From: an uncultured Gammaproteobacteria bacterium
GTDB taxonomy: Bacteria > Patescibacteriota > Patescibacteriia > Magasanikbacterales > GWA2-37-8
Direction of reading: 5' to 3'
DNA: 64,000 nt
NCBI GenBank assembly: GCA_964496095.1
Contig: CAZBWU010000004.1
Coordinates: forward strand, 21,366-85,365
Shown piece after piece: positions 30,269 to 40,219 of the stretch. The number at the start of each line of letters is the position of its first letter. Position 1 is the stretch's first letter. The notes beneath the pieces are model-generated. The model was not told the origin of the DNA and did no database searches. It saw only the letters and a program-made list of their open reading frames with translations. The position numbers were made by a program, and so were the translations under genes.

Positions 30269-30907
30269 ATGTTTAATTATTCTTTTATAGATTGGGATAA
30301 TACTTTATATGACACTGTGGCTCTGCAAGCCGATATTTTTGGTATCTTTTCTAAGTTTGGAGCCACTGAAAATCATATTAAAGAAACTTTTCAGCGTTCG
30401 CTTTGTACAGTATCTCCTCATCAGTACGACTATACATTTGAGGAACATGCACAGTTTTTGCGGGAATTAGGTTATAATATTCCAAGTATTGTCGAAGACG
30501 AGCTTAACGCTTTGTTTTTAAAAGACTATCTTTTTTCAGATACGGTATTATTTTTAGACTTTTTAAAAAAAATTTCAAAAAACCTTATTTTACTTTCCGC
30601 TGGAGATGAAAAATTTCAGTTAAATAAGATTAAAAATAGTAAAATTTATAAAAATTTTAATGAAGTAGTTATTGTTAGCGGTGGAAAAGAAAATTATTTA
30701 TTAAATCGTTGCAAAAACGAAAAGATTTTTTTTGTTAATGATAATTTGCGAGAGAATGCATCTGTAAAAAATACATTGCCATCTGTTGTTTTAATTACAA
30801 AGCTTAATACGACGCGTTACTCAGAAGAAGATGCTAAACAAATCAAAGTTCCTTATTTTTCAACCTTAACTCAAATTAAACAATATGTTGAACAACAACT
30901 TGGATAA
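30269..30907 (+). CDS. HAD-superfamily hydrolase
   Basis: Motif I FIDWDNTLYD (DxDxT) near N-terminus. Confidence 0.55.
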   Translation: MFNYSFIDWDNTLYDTVALQADIFGIFSKFGATENHIKETFQRSLCTVSPHQYDYTFEEHAQFLRELGYNIPSIVEDELNALFLKDYLFSDTVLFLDFLKKISKNLILLSAGDEKFQLNKIKNSKIYKNFNEVVIVSGGKENYLLNRCKNEKIFFVNDNLRENASVKNTLPSVVLITKLNTTRYSEEDAKQIKVPYFSTLTQIKQYVEQQLG

Positions 30908-31643
30908 AGTAGGAGTAGTAGTGTTGGCCGCTGGTAAGGGCACTCGCCTCAATTGTGTAGACAAGCCAAAAGTAATGCTTGAAATTGGCGGTAGGCCCAT
31001 TATTAGTTATATTACAGAAACCTTAAAAGAAGTAGGTTTTCAAAATAGTCAGATAATGCTGGTTGTGGGTTTTTTTAGAGAAAAGGTAAAAGAATTTTTA
31101 CAAAACGAAGTGCTTTATGCAGATCAAAATGAGCAAAAGGGCACTGCTCACGCTGCCTTTACAGGGTCTCAGATGTTGTCTCCCGAAGCAGATAATATCT
31201 TGGTTATAAATGGAGATGATAGCGCTTTTTATAAAGAAGAAACTATTGTTAATTTTATTAATGAACATTTGTCCGCTCAAGCAACGGTGTCTGTTTTGTC
31301 GGCTGAGATTGAAGACCCGAGCGCACTTGGAAGAATTATCAGACATGATGATGGCAAAATTGAAATAATCGAAAAAGAATATTTAACAGATGAGCAAAAA
31401 ATGATAAAAGAAATTAGCACAGGCACTTTTTGCTTTGATCGTAAATGGTTTGAGGCTATGTTTCCGTCTATGCCACCCCTTCGTAAATTAGGGGAATATG
31501 GTTTGCCAACAGCCTTAACAGTAGCCGGTAATGAGAATAAAAAAATCCAAGTAGTAAAATTAAAAAATAGCAATGAGTGGTTTGGTATAAACACACCGGC
31601 AGAACTGGAAGAGGCAGACAAACGTAAGCGGGCGGTGTTATAA
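30885..31643 (+). CDS. Sugar-phosphate nucleotidyltransferase (GlmU N-terminal-domain-like; no acetyltransferase domain)
   Basis: VGVVVLAAGKGTRLNCVDKPKVMLEIGGRPII matches the NTP-transferase G-x-G-T-R motif; located directly upstream of glmS. Confidence 0.65.
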   Translation: MLNNNLDKVGVVVLAAGKGTRLNCVDKPKVMLEIGGRPIISYITETLKEVGFQNSQIMLVVGFFREKVKEFLQNEVLYADQNEQKGTAHAAFTGSQMLSPEADNILVINGDDSAFYKEETIVNFINEHLSAQATVSVLSAEIEDPSALGRIIRHDDGKIEIIEKEYLTDEQKMIKEISTGTFCFDRKWFEAMFPSMPPLRKLGEYGLPTALTVAGNENKKIQVVKLKNSNEWFGINTPAELEEADKRKRAVL

Positions 31644-31678
31644 GGAAGAGTTAAGTAAGTTTTTCTATCATAAATCAT

Positions 31679-33502
31679 ATGTGTGGAATTGTTGCCTACA
31701 TTGGAAATAAGCAAGCCCTGCCAATTTTGATAAATGGTCTGCGTCGTTTGGAATACCGCGGTTATGATAGTGCTGGTATTGCTGTTTTTGATGACGGTAA
31801 ACCTTGTACAATCAAAGCGGTTGGTAAGATTGATAATTTGGCCGAGAAACTAAAAACTCAAAATTTTGATAGCACATTTGGTATTGCTCATACGCGCTGG
31901 GCTACTCACGGTAGCGTGACTGAAAGCAACGCTCACCCGCACGCTGACTGCACCGGCAAAATTATTCTAGCTCATAATGGTATTATTGAAAATTATCGAG
32001 AGTTAAAAGAAAAGCTTGGTGCAAATCATGTATATAAATCAGAAACAGACTCTGAAGTTTTGGCGCACTTGATTGAAACATATTACACAGGTGATTTGCG
32101 CAAAGCGGTCTTGGAAGCATTAGCCCGTGTTCGAGGTACTTATGGACTCGTTGTGATGCATGCAGACCGCCCTGGACAGCTCGTAGTGGCTCGCATGGGG
32201 AGTCCGCTGGTAGTTGGCATTGGTGAAGAGGAATATTTTGTGGCTAGCGATGCGACACCGATGTTGGCTTATACCAAGAAAGTAATTTTTCTTGAAGATG
32301 GCGAGGTGGCCGATATTAGCCGAACCCAGCTACATACGGTAAATCTCAAAGATCATAATGTGACTAAACATGTAGAAGAGATTGAATGGGATGAAGCACA
32401 AGCTCAGAAACAAGGCTTTCCTCATTTTATGTTGAAAGAGATTTTTGATCAGCCAAATGTAGTCCAGGACGCTATTCGTGGACGGTATAAATTAGAAGAT
32501 GGTACCGCTCATCTAGGTGGGCTCAATATGAGTGATGAACAAATGCGTAGTATCAAAAGAATTATTCTTATTGCTTGTGGAACTGCTTCATATGCTGGTA
32601 TTGTGGGAAAATATATGTTTGAAAGGTTGGCCGGAATTCCAACCGAAGTTGATGTGGCTAGTGAATTTCGTTATCGTGATCCTATTATTGATAATCAAAC
32701 TTTGGTCTTTGGTATTTCTCAGTCTGGAGAAACGGCCGATACCCTTGCGGCTCTCAAAGAAGCCAAGAGAAAAGGTGCTTTTGTGCGCGGGATTGTCAAT
32801 GTGGTTGGTTCAACCATTGCCAGAGAAACTGATGGTGGTACTTATATTCATGCCGGACCAGAGTTGGCGGTTGCTTCTACTAAAGCCTACACAAACATGG
32901 TGGCAGTATTACTTTTGTATGCGTTGCAGTTTGGCCGGTTGAATAAACTTAGTATTGCCACCGGGCAAAGATTGTTGCAAGCTCTCGTAGAGATTCCAGA
33001 AAAAATGAAATCTATTTTGAGTCAGAGTGATAAAATAAAAGAGTTAGCTGAAAAGTATAAGAATTCTCGGGATATGTTGTATTTAGGTAGAGGGATAAAT
33101 TTTCCAGTTGCCTTGGAAGGCTCTCTCAAGTTAAAAGAAATTTCCTATATTCATAGCGAAGCTTATCCTGGAGGAGAAATGAAGCATGGTGCGATTGCGC
33201 TTCTTTCGCCAGAATTTCCCGTCATGGCGATTATGACCAAGAATCAATTATATGATAAGATGCGCAGTAATGTCGAAGAAATAAAAGCGCGAAAAGCGCC
33301 AATAATTCTAGTAGCTACCGAAGGGGATGATAAGGCAATTGAACTGGCGCAAGACGTGATTTATGTGCCACCGACGATGGAGCTGCTTGAACCTTTATTA
33401 AACACCCTTCCGCTTCAGCTTTTTGCCTACCATACAGCGGTGGCACTGGGTAGAGATGTAGACCGACCACGTAATTTAGCAAAGAGTGTTACGGTTGAAT
33501 AA
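31679..33502 (+). CDS. glmS: Glutamine--fructose-6-phosphate aminotransferase (isomerizing)
   Basis: N-terminal MCGIVAYIG (Ntn Cys), two SIS domains, 607 aa, C-terminal ...KSVTVE. Confidence 0.95.
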   Translation: MCGIVAYIGNKQALPILINGLRRLEYRGYDSAGIAVFDDGKPCTIKAVGKIDNLAEKLKTQNFDSTFGIAHTRWATHGSVTESNAHPHADCTGKIILAHNGIIENYRELKEKLGANHVYKSETDSEVLAHLIETYYTGDLRKAVLEALARVRGTYGLVVMHADRPGQLVVARMGSPLVVGIGEEEYFVASDATPMLAYTKKVIFLEDGEVADISRTQLHTVNLKDHNVTKHVEEIEWDEAQAQKQGFPHFMLKEIFDQPNVVQDAIRGRYKLEDGTAHLGGLNMSDEQMRSIKRIILIACGTASYAGIVGKYMFERLAGIPTEVDVASEFRYRDPIIDNQTLVFGISQSGETADTLAALKEAKRKGAFVRGIVNVVGSTIARETDGGTYIHAGPELAVASTKAYTNMVAVLLLYALQFGRLNKLSIATGQRLLQALVEIPEKMKSILSQSDKIKELAEKYKNSRDMLYLGRGINFPVALEGSLKLKEISYIHSEAYPGGEMKHGAIALLSPEFPVMAIMTKNQLYDKMRSNVEEIKARKAPIILVATEGDDKAIELAQDVIYVPPTMELLEPLLNTLPLQLFAYHTAVALGRDVDRPRNLAKSVTVE

Positions 33503-33519
33503 TTTAATTTTAAATTTTT

Positions 33520-34677
33520 ATGAGGGCGTTAGTTTTTGATAAGAGCAAAACAGACTGGGAAAGTTCGCGCGGGTTTGATTTGGTAGATATTCCAAAGCCA
33601 GTTTTGGATAAAACAAATTCAGCCGAAGACAATCATGTTATTTTGAAAGTTCGTTATGCTGGGATTTGTGGTACCGACAGAGGTATTTGGAATAGGGTTG
33701 CTTTTCGAGATGCTATTTTAAACACGATTGATAAGCAGATAGAAAATGGTGGCAACTCGTATCGCATTATTGGTCATGAATTTTTTGGAGAAATAATGGA
33801 TGTTGGATCTAAGGTAGAAAATGTTAAGGTTGGAGATTTAGTTTCGTCAGAGTCACATCTTTTTTGTCAGAAATGTTATCAGTGTGCCCGCGGGCAACGA
33901 GAGGTTTGTACTAATGAAACAATTTTGGGCATTCATCATGATGGCGGTTTGGCGGAATTTATAAAATTACCAGATCATGTGTTACGCAAAACTGATACGA
34001 GTAAAATCCGTCCGGAAATTGCGGCTATGCAAGAGCCATTTGGTAACGCCGTGCATGCGGGTAGTAAAGTTGATGTAAAAGATAAAACTGTCGCTATTTT
34101 TGGTTTAGGGCCAATTGGTTTATTTTTGACTTTAGTCATGAAGGGTTTGGGAGCAAAAACAATTATTGGTGTCGAGCCAAATCTGACCGCTATTGAAATG
34201 GCCAAAAAATTAGGAATTGATCACGTAATACCTCTTGGCAAATCAGACAACGCGAAACCATACGCGCACGATATGGCTGTGGCCGAAGAAATCAAAAAAT
34301 TGACTGATGATGTTGGTGTAGATGTAAGTTTTGAAATGTCAGGATTTAATTCGTCTGCTAATAATTGTTTATACGCTACCCGCCGAGGCGGAGATATTAT
34401 CTTATTTGGAATTAAACAGGGAGATTTTGTTTTTGAAGATTACAACAGGATGATATTTAATGGATTCACACTTCATTTAGTGATTGGCCGGCAATTATGG
34501 CGCACATGGGATATTACAAAGCAGTTATTTGAAGACCAAACAAACGGTATTCAGGAAAAGTTATTTGATGTGATTTTAAATGGTGGTCAGGGCACTATTT
34601 TGCCAATCGCTGAATATTCCAAAGAAAAATTCGAAGAGATGATGACTAAGCACCCTAAACTTTTGATCAAGTTTTAA
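33520..34677 (+). CDS. tdh: L-threonine 3-dehydrogenase (Zn-dependent MDR family)
   Basis: GICGTD, GHEFFGEI, structural-zinc Cys cluster (CQKCYQCARGQREVC), QEPFGNAVH and GLGPIGL motifs; followed by kbl. Confidence 0.8.
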   Translation: MRALVFDKSKTDWESSRGFDLVDIPKPVLDKTNSAEDNHVILKVRYAGICGTDRGIWNRVAFRDAILNTIDKQIENGGNSYRIIGHEFFGEIMDVGSKVENVKVGDLVSSESHLFCQKCYQCARGQREVCTNETILGIHHDGGLAEFIKLPDHVLRKTDTSKIRPEIAAMQEPFGNAVHAGSKVDVKDKTVAIFGLGPIGLFLTLVMKGLGAKTIIGVEPNLTAIEMAKKLGIDHVIPLGKSDNAKPYAHDMAVAEEIKKLTDDVGVDVSFEMSGFNSSANNCLYATRRGGDIILFGIKQGDFVFEDYNRMIFNGFTLHLVIGRQLWRTWDITKQLFEDQTNGIQEKLFDVILNGGQGTILPIAEYSKEKFEEMMTKHPKLLIKF

Positions 34678-34686
34678 TTACAAATT

Positions 34687-35889
34687 ATGTACACAAATTA
34701 CAAACAACAATTTGAACAAGAATTACAAGAAATAAAAGATGGAGGTATGTGGAAAGATGTGGGCGTGCTTGATGGCAAACAAGAACCAGAAATATCGGTT
34801 GGTGGTAAGACGTTGTTAAATTTTTGTGCTAATAACTATTTGGGACTAGCTTCGTCGGAAGAATTAGCTGAGGCGGCAATTGCTGGTGTCAAAAAATATG
34901 GCTTTGGCGAAGCTTCGGTGCGTTTTATAGTTGGCACCTCGTCTGTGCATAAAGATTTAGAAGCGGAAATCTGTAAGTTTTTTGGCATGGAAGATGCTAT
35001 TAGCTACACTTCTTGTTTTGATGCTAATACCGGATTATTTGAAACTATTCTTAAAGAAGGTGATGCGATTTTTTCAGATGAACTCAATCATGCTAGTATT
35101 ATCGATGGCGTTCGGTTGTGTAAGGCCGAAAGATATCGTTATAAAAATAGCGATATGGAAGATTTGGAGAATCAACTCAAAGCTTGTTTAGCCGTATCTA
35201 AACCTCGTCGGATACTTATTGCCACTGACGGCGTATTCTCTATGGATGGTATAACTGCTAAGTTAAAAGAAATTTGTGACTTGGCAGACAAGTATTGCGC
35301 TATGGTAATGGTAGATGATAGTCATGCCAGTGGCGTGCTTGGCAAAACCGGTCGGGGGAGTATTGAACAAGCGGGAGTGATGGGTAGAGTAGATATTTTG
35401 ACTTCTACTTTTGGTAAAGCCTTGGGTGGAGCAGGGGGAGGATTTACTGCTGGACGCAAAGAAATTATACAAGTTTTACACCAAAGAAGCCGTACGAGTT
35501 TGTTTAGTAATTCTTTGCCACCGATGATTGTCAGCGCCGCTTTGTATGTGTTGCAAAATTATGACAATAAGTTTATAAAAAGCAGAGAAAGGTTAGAAGA
35601 AAATACAAATTACTTTAGAAGTAAAATGGAAGCGCTTGGGTTTAGTCTTGGTGGTGACGGTAAACACCCAATAACACCAGTTATGCTTATGGAGGAAACA
35701 CTCGCCAGAGATATGGCTTCAGCTTTATTTAAGAAAGGTATCTATGTTCGCGGGTTTACTTATCCGGTTGTGCCTAAAGGCAAAGCACGCATTAGAGTTC
35801 AGATCTCCGCAGCCCACACTAAGGAACAGATGGATCAGGCCCTGTCTGCTTTTGCTGAGGTAGGTAAGGCTATGAATATTATCAAATAA
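34687..35889 (+). CDS. kbl: 2-amino-3-ketobutyrate CoA ligase (glycine C-acetyltransferase)
   Basis: AONS-family PLP enzyme with N-terminus typical of Kbl (...LLNFCANNYLGL...), FSMDG and TFGKALGG (PLP Lys). Confidence 0.85.
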   Translation: MYTNYKQQFEQELQEIKDGGMWKDVGVLDGKQEPEISVGGKTLLNFCANNYLGLASSEELAEAAIAGVKKYGFGEASVRFIVGTSSVHKDLEAEICKFFGMEDAISYTSCFDANTGLFETILKEGDAIFSDELNHASIIDGVRLCKAERYRYKNSDMEDLENQLKACLAVSKPRRILIATDGVFSMDGITAKLKEICDLADKYCAMVMVDDSHASGVLGKTGRGSIEQAGVMGRVDILTSTFGKALGGAGGGFTAGRKEIIQVLHQRSRTSLFSNSLPPMIVSAALYVLQNYDNKFIKSRERLEENTNYFRSKMEALGFSLGGDGKHPITPVMLMEETLARDMASALFKKGIYVRGFTYPVVPKGKARIRVQISAAHTKEQMDQALSAFAEVGKAMNIIK

Positions 35890-35897
35890 TAATTTGT

Positions 35898-36842
35898 ATG
35901 AAAAATGTAGTCGTAATTGGCGGAGGTAATGGTTCGGCAATTTGTTTGGAAGCGTTGAAAAAATATGCAGATGATTTGGGTATCTCAGCGATAGTTTCTA
36001 TGAGTGATTCCGGGGGTTCTTCTGGTAAGCTTCGCAAAGAATTAAATACTTTACCACCAGGGGATGTGTTGCGGGCGATTTTGTCTCTTTCTATCTATGA
36101 TTATCAATCTCTTAAAAAGATTTTTTATAAGCCAAGATTTAAAAATACCGGTAGATTAAATAGTCATAACTTAGGTAATTTATTTTTAACTTTATCTGGT
36201 CAATTTTCCGGTAATTTTATTTATGCTTTGGACGCCTTATCCCAGAGTGTAGAAGCGCAAGGAAAAGTTTTTCCAGTCACCTTGGAAAATACCGATTTAG
36301 TAGCTGAGTTAGATAATGGTAAAATTATAAGAACAGAAGAGTTTATAGATACTCCGAGGTATAATAGGGGTTGGAAGATAAAACGAGTTTGGTTAGAGCC
36401 AAATTGTCGAGCTTATCCTCAAGCTGTACAGGCAATAACAAAAGCAGATACAATAGTAATTGGCTCTGGTAGTCTATATACAAGTTTGGTAGCGACCTTA
36501 TTACCTGTTGGAATAAAAGAAGCGATAAAAAAATCCAAAGCTAAAATAATATTTTTGGCTGGTAGTGCTTATAGGCTCAATGGTGAGACTGGGCCAGAAA
36601 AACTAAGTGAAATGGTGGCGCAATTAGAGAAGTATCTGCCTAGAAAGGTTGATATGGTTATTCATAATAGTCATAAACTTAATGCTAAACAAAAAAAGAT
36701 TTATCAAGAAAATAGTTGGGGAGTTTTTTCTTTTGATAAAGAAAATTTGAAAAATAGAAAGGTTGTAAGTGTAGGTTTTGAAAGAAATGAAGGCGGGCTG
36801 GATCCAAAAAAACTAAGTCCTATTTTAAAAAAGTATATTTAA
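35898..36842 (+). CDS. YvcK/UPF0052 (CofD-like) gluconeogenesis-factor family protein
   Basis: VVVIGGGNGSA and SMSDSGGSSGKLR motifs. Confidence 0.75.
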   Translation: MKNVVVIGGGNGSAICLEALKKYADDLGISAIVSMSDSGGSSGKLRKELNTLPPGDVLRAILSLSIYDYQSLKKIFYKPRFKNTGRLNSHNLGNLFLTLSGQFSGNFIYALDALSQSVEAQGKVFPVTLENTDLVAELDNGKIIRTEEFIDTPRYNRGWKIKRVWLEPNCRAYPQAVQAITKADTIVIGSGSLYTSLVATLLPVGIKEAIKKSKAKIIFLAGSAYRLNGETGPEKLSEMVAQLEKYLPRKVDMVIHNSHKLNAKQKKIYQENSWGVFSFDKENLKNRKVVSVGFERNEGGLDPKKLSPILKKYI

Positions 36843-36844
36843 TT

Positions 36845-37180
36845 ATGGAATTACAGAAAGAAATTTTAAAAGATAGCTATGCGGTTAAGATAACCGCTCG
36901 AGAAAATAGCCAAGAAGTTGGTAGGGTTCGATTGTATATTATTTATAATGATGTGCATAAAGAACCAGTTGGTTTATTAGAGGATGTGTTTGTTGATGAA
37001 TCACAGAGAGGAAGTGGTCTAGGTACAAAGTTAGTAGAGTCAGCTATAGATGAAGCCAAGAAAATTGGTTGTTATAAGGTAATTTGCACCAGTCGTTTTG
37101 GCAGAGAAAAACTCCATGCATGGTACGAGAAATTAGGATTTAAAAAACATGGAGTAGAATTTAGAATGGATTTTATATAG
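36845..37180 (+). CDS. GNAT-family N-acetyltransferase
   Basis: Acetyl-CoA-binding motif VDESQRGSGLGTKLVESAIDEAKK. Confidence 0.6.
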   Translation: MELQKEILKDSYAVKITARENSQEVGRVRLYIIYNDVHKEPVGLLEDVFVDESQRGSGLGTKLVESAIDEAKKIGCYKVICTSRFGREKLHAWYEKLGFKKHGVEFRMDFI

Positions 37181-37181
37181 T

Positions 37182-38330
37182 ATGAATTTATACGAATTTG
37201 AAGGGAAAAATTTATTTGCCAAGCATGGTGTAGCTACTCCGAAAGGGGTGGTAGTTTGGCGCGGGGATGATATCAAAAGTAAATACCACGAACTAGGAGT
37301 TTCTAGCGTCGTGGTGAAAGCTCAGATTTTGGCAGGCAAACGTGGTAAGAATAATGGTATCAAGTTTTGCGCTAGCTCTGAAGAAGTGGAAACTGCTGTT
37401 ACAGAACTTTTTAGTGGTAATATCAAAGGCCAATATGTAGAAGCGGTTTTGATTGAAGAAAAATTGGATATTGCCGAAGAGCATTATATTTCTATTACTT
37501 ACGATACTATTACTAAACAGCCAATTTTAATTTACAGTTCGCAAGGTGGAATGGATATAGAAGATGTAGCTGAAGATAAAATAACTAAAAAGTTGTTAGA
37601 TATAAGAAGCGAAGTTATTGTTTCAGGCTTGCCATGCGCAGAAAAATTATGGCAATGTTTTTTGCAAGAAGACGCACGTGTGGTAGAAATAAATCCACTT
37701 GTTAAAACAAAAGATGGGGAGTGGTTTGCGGCTGATGCCAAAATTGCTTTGGATGACGATGCTTTTTATCGCCATGAAGAATGGAATAGTTTGGCGCCAC
37801 GCACCATGATGGGGCGCCTGCCTACCGAAAGAGAATTATCCGCCAAAAAAATAGATGAGGGCGAAGCCTATTATCGTGGTACGGCTGGCAAGTATATTGA
37901 AATGGATGGAGATATTGCAGTTATTTTAAATGGTGGTGGTGCTAGTATCGCCAATATGGACGCACTTATAGGTGTTGGTCTCAAGCCGGCAAATTATACT
38001 GAGTATTCTGGTAATCCTCCGCGTGAAAAAGTTTATGCTTTGGCCAAAGTGGTTTTGTCCAAACCTGGTATTCGTGGGCTCTGGATGGCAGGAGTAGTCG
38101 CCAACTTTACCAACATTAAAGAAACATTTTTAGGTATTATTGATGCTTTGGATGAAATTAAACCCACCTATCCAATCGTAGTTCGTCGTGACGGTACAGA
38201 GAGCGCTGAAGCTTTTAGGCTTTTGGCAGAATGCGCCGAGCGTAATCATTTAAATATTAAAATGTTTAAAAAAGAAATCGGTATGAGCGCCACCGCTCAG
38301 ATTTTGGCTGATATGGTTAGTAAAAATTAA
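37182..38330 (+). CDS. ATP-grasp beta subunit of a succinyl-CoA-synthetase-like ligase (SucC/CcsA/AclB family)
   Basis: MNLYEFEGKNLFAKHGVATPKG...VVVKAQILAGKRGK matches the SucC N-terminus. Confidence 0.75.
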   Translation: MNLYEFEGKNLFAKHGVATPKGVVVWRGDDIKSKYHELGVSSVVVKAQILAGKRGKNNGIKFCASSEEVETAVTELFSGNIKGQYVEAVLIEEKLDIAEEHYISITYDTITKQPILIYSSQGGMDIEDVAEDKITKKLLDIRSEVIVSGLPCAEKLWQCFLQEDARVVEINPLVKTKDGEWFAADAKIALDDDAFYRHEEWNSLAPRTMMGRLPTERELSAKKIDEGEAYYRGTAGKYIEMDGDIAVILNGGGASIANMDALIGVGLKPANYTEYSGNPPREKVYALAKVVLSKPGIRGLWMAGVVANFTNIKETFLGIIDALDEIKPTYPIVVRRDGTESAEAFRLLAECAERNHLNIKMFKKEIGMSATAQILADMVSKN

Positions 38331-38334
38331 TCAT

Positions 38335-38589
38335 ATGTCATGGCAGGATATCGTTCTTACCCTCACTAGCGTCGCTTTTTGTGTGTCGCTGATGCCACAG
38401 GCTATCCAGGGGTTTAGAGAGAAGAGAGGGCCGATTACATTGCAAACTTCAATCCCGACATTTATCGGTTTGTATATTACGTCTGCAGTTTATTTTTCCC
38501 TATCATTTTATTTTGCGACGGTAACGTGTTTTATTACCGGTACAATATGGCTTATTTTATTTATTCAGCGAGTGATCTATAAAAAGTAG
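38335..38589 (+). CDS. 3-TM PQ-loop (semiSWEET-like) small membrane protein
   Basis: 84 aa with three predicted TM helices and a PQ motif in TM1 (VSLMPQAIQGF), as in bacterial semiSWEET sugar transporters. Confidence 0.4.
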   Translation: MSWQDIVLTLTSVAFCVSLMPQAIQGFREKRGPITLQTSIPTFIGLYITSAVYFSLSFYFATVTCFITGTIWLILFIQRVIYKK

Positions 38590-38591
38590 AT

Positions 38592-39479
38592 ATGAGCATT
38601 TTAATATCCCAAAATACAAAAGTATTGGTGCAAGGCATTACCGGTAAAGAAGGTGCTAAAGGCGCTAAGGCTATGTTAGATTATGGCACCAATGTCCTTT
38701 GTGGTGTCACGCCAAAAAAAGGTGGACAAGAGGTAGAAGGCAAACCAGTTTTTAATTCTATTGCTGAAGCTTTTGCTCAGTTCCCAGAGATAAATACATC
38801 GGTTGTATATGTGCCTCCTTTTGCTGCGAAGGCCGCCATTCTTGAGGCAATTGAAAGTGGTATAAGTCTAATCAATGTTTTTGTAGAACGAATACCAATT
38901 AAGGATACAGCCTATTGTCTGGCAGTGGCCAAAGAAAAAAATATTCAAATCTTGGGACCTAGTTCTCTGGGTTTAGTTGTTCCTGGTATTGGTCGCTTGG
39001 GAGTGATGGGTGGTCCACTGGTAAATGAAATTTTTAAACCGGGTTCAATTGGCGTTATCTCTCGTTCTGGTGGAATGAGTAACGAACTATCATGGCAACT
39101 CTCTCAAAACGGTTTAGGTCAAAGCGCTACCGTGCATGTTGGGGGAGATTTACTAATGGGTACCACTTATGCGGACTTGTTAAAATTATTTGAAAAAGAT
39201 GAGCAGACAAAAGGGGTGGTAATTTTTGGAGAACATGGCGGTGGCTTTGAGTTTGAGATAGTTGATTTAATCAATAATAAAGAATATACTAAACCATTGG
39301 CTATCTATATCGGCGGTAAGTTTGCCAATGTTTTCCCCGAAGGCGCTAATATTGGCCATGCTGGGGCTATTGTGGGCCGTGGTCAGAGCGCAGAGGAAAA
39401 AGAAGTAGCCCTGTTAGCCGTGGGAGTCCAAATCGCAGATAAGTACGAAGACTTGGCAATACTAGCTAAATCATTTTAA
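38592..39479 (+). CDS. CoA-binding alpha subunit of a succinyl-CoA-synthetase-like ligase (SucD/CcsB/AclA-N family)
   Basis: NTKVLVQGITGKEGAKGAKAMLDYGTNVLCGVTPKKGG and the phospho-His region SRSGGMSNE...G.GH. Confidence 0.8.
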   Translation: MSILISQNTKVLVQGITGKEGAKGAKAMLDYGTNVLCGVTPKKGGQEVEGKPVFNSIAEAFAQFPEINTSVVYVPPFAAKAAILEAIESGISLINVFVERIPIKDTAYCLAVAKEKNIQILGPSSLGLVVPGIGRLGVMGGPLVNEIFKPGSIGVISRSGGMSNELSWQLSQNGLGQSATVHVGGDLLMGTTYADLLKLFEKDEQTKGVVIFGEHGGGFEFEIVDLINNKEYTKPLAIYIGGKFANVFPEGANIGHAGAIVGRGQSAEEKEVALLAVGVQIADKYEDLAILAKSF

Positions 39480-39489
39480 ATTACAGACT

Positions 39490-40218
39490 ATGCAATGGAA
39501 AACAGCTATTACAAATGTAAACAACGGGCAAGAAATAATCCGTGGTCAAAGTCATGATAAATTAGCGCTTGAAAAAAGCTTTACCGATGTAATTTTTTTG
39601 ATTTTAAAAGAAGTTTTACCGACCGAAAAAGAAGCAAGAATGATGAATACGATACTTGTGGAAATGATAGATCATGGTCCGGGTACTCCTTCGGCTCTTG
39701 CTGCTCGTATTGTTGCTTCCACAAGCACAAGTCTTTACAGCTCAGTCGCAGCTGGATTAATAGGTCTTGGTGGTATTCGACATGGTGGGGCGTTGGGAAG
39801 CGCAGCCAAGTTTTTTGTTGAAAATATTAATATAAACGACTTACCAGGATTACTCGCTGAACTGAAATCCAAAAAAATCTATGTCCCTGGATTTGGTCAT
39901 AAAGTTTTAAAAGTAGATAACCGTGCAGAAACATTATTAAAAGTGGCAAAAGAAAATGGTTTTTTTGGTAAGTATAGCGAGTTTGCTGTTAAAGTTAAAG
40001 AAGAAATAAATAAAACTTCTTCAAAACCATTGCCATTAAATATGGATGGCGCTAATGCGGCCATTTTATTGGATATGGGTTTTAGTCAGAAATTGATCGA
40101 CGGATTTTTTATTATCGCCCGTACGCCTGGGCTCGTAGCTCATGCGGTAGAGGAAGTCGAGTCGGGTGAAGGTTTGCGACGACTTGATGAAAAAGATATT
40201 GAATATATTGGTAAATAA
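39490..40218 (+). CDS. Short citrate-synthase-fold protein (citryl-CoA-lyase-like; resembles AclA C-terminal domain)
   Basis: 242 aa. Citrate-synthase catalytic motifs retained: GGIRHGGA (His), PGFGHKV (His), NMDGANAAILLDMGF (Asp region). Confidence 0.55.
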   Translation: MQWKTAITNVNNGQEIIRGQSHDKLALEKSFTDVIFLILKEVLPTEKEARMMNTILVEMIDHGPGTPSALAARIVASTSTSLYSSVAAGLIGLGGIRHGGALGSAAKFFVENININDLPGLLAELKSKKIYVPGFGHKVLKVDNRAETLLKVAKENGFFGKYSEFAVKVKEEINKTSSKPLPLNMDGANAAILLDMGFSQKLIDGFFIIARTPGLVAHAVEEVESGEGLRRLDEKDIEYIGK

Positions 40219-40219
40219 T

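Noticed and set aside
31644-31678. glmS ribozyme upstream of glmS
   Set aside because: The intergenic spacer is only about 35 nt, so there is no room for the ribozyme of about 150 nt.
32532-32942. 136-aa ORF inside glmS (alternative frame)
   Set aside because: It is embedded in the conserved SIS domain region of glmS. The hydrophobic low-complexity translation is typical of an out-of-frame artefact.
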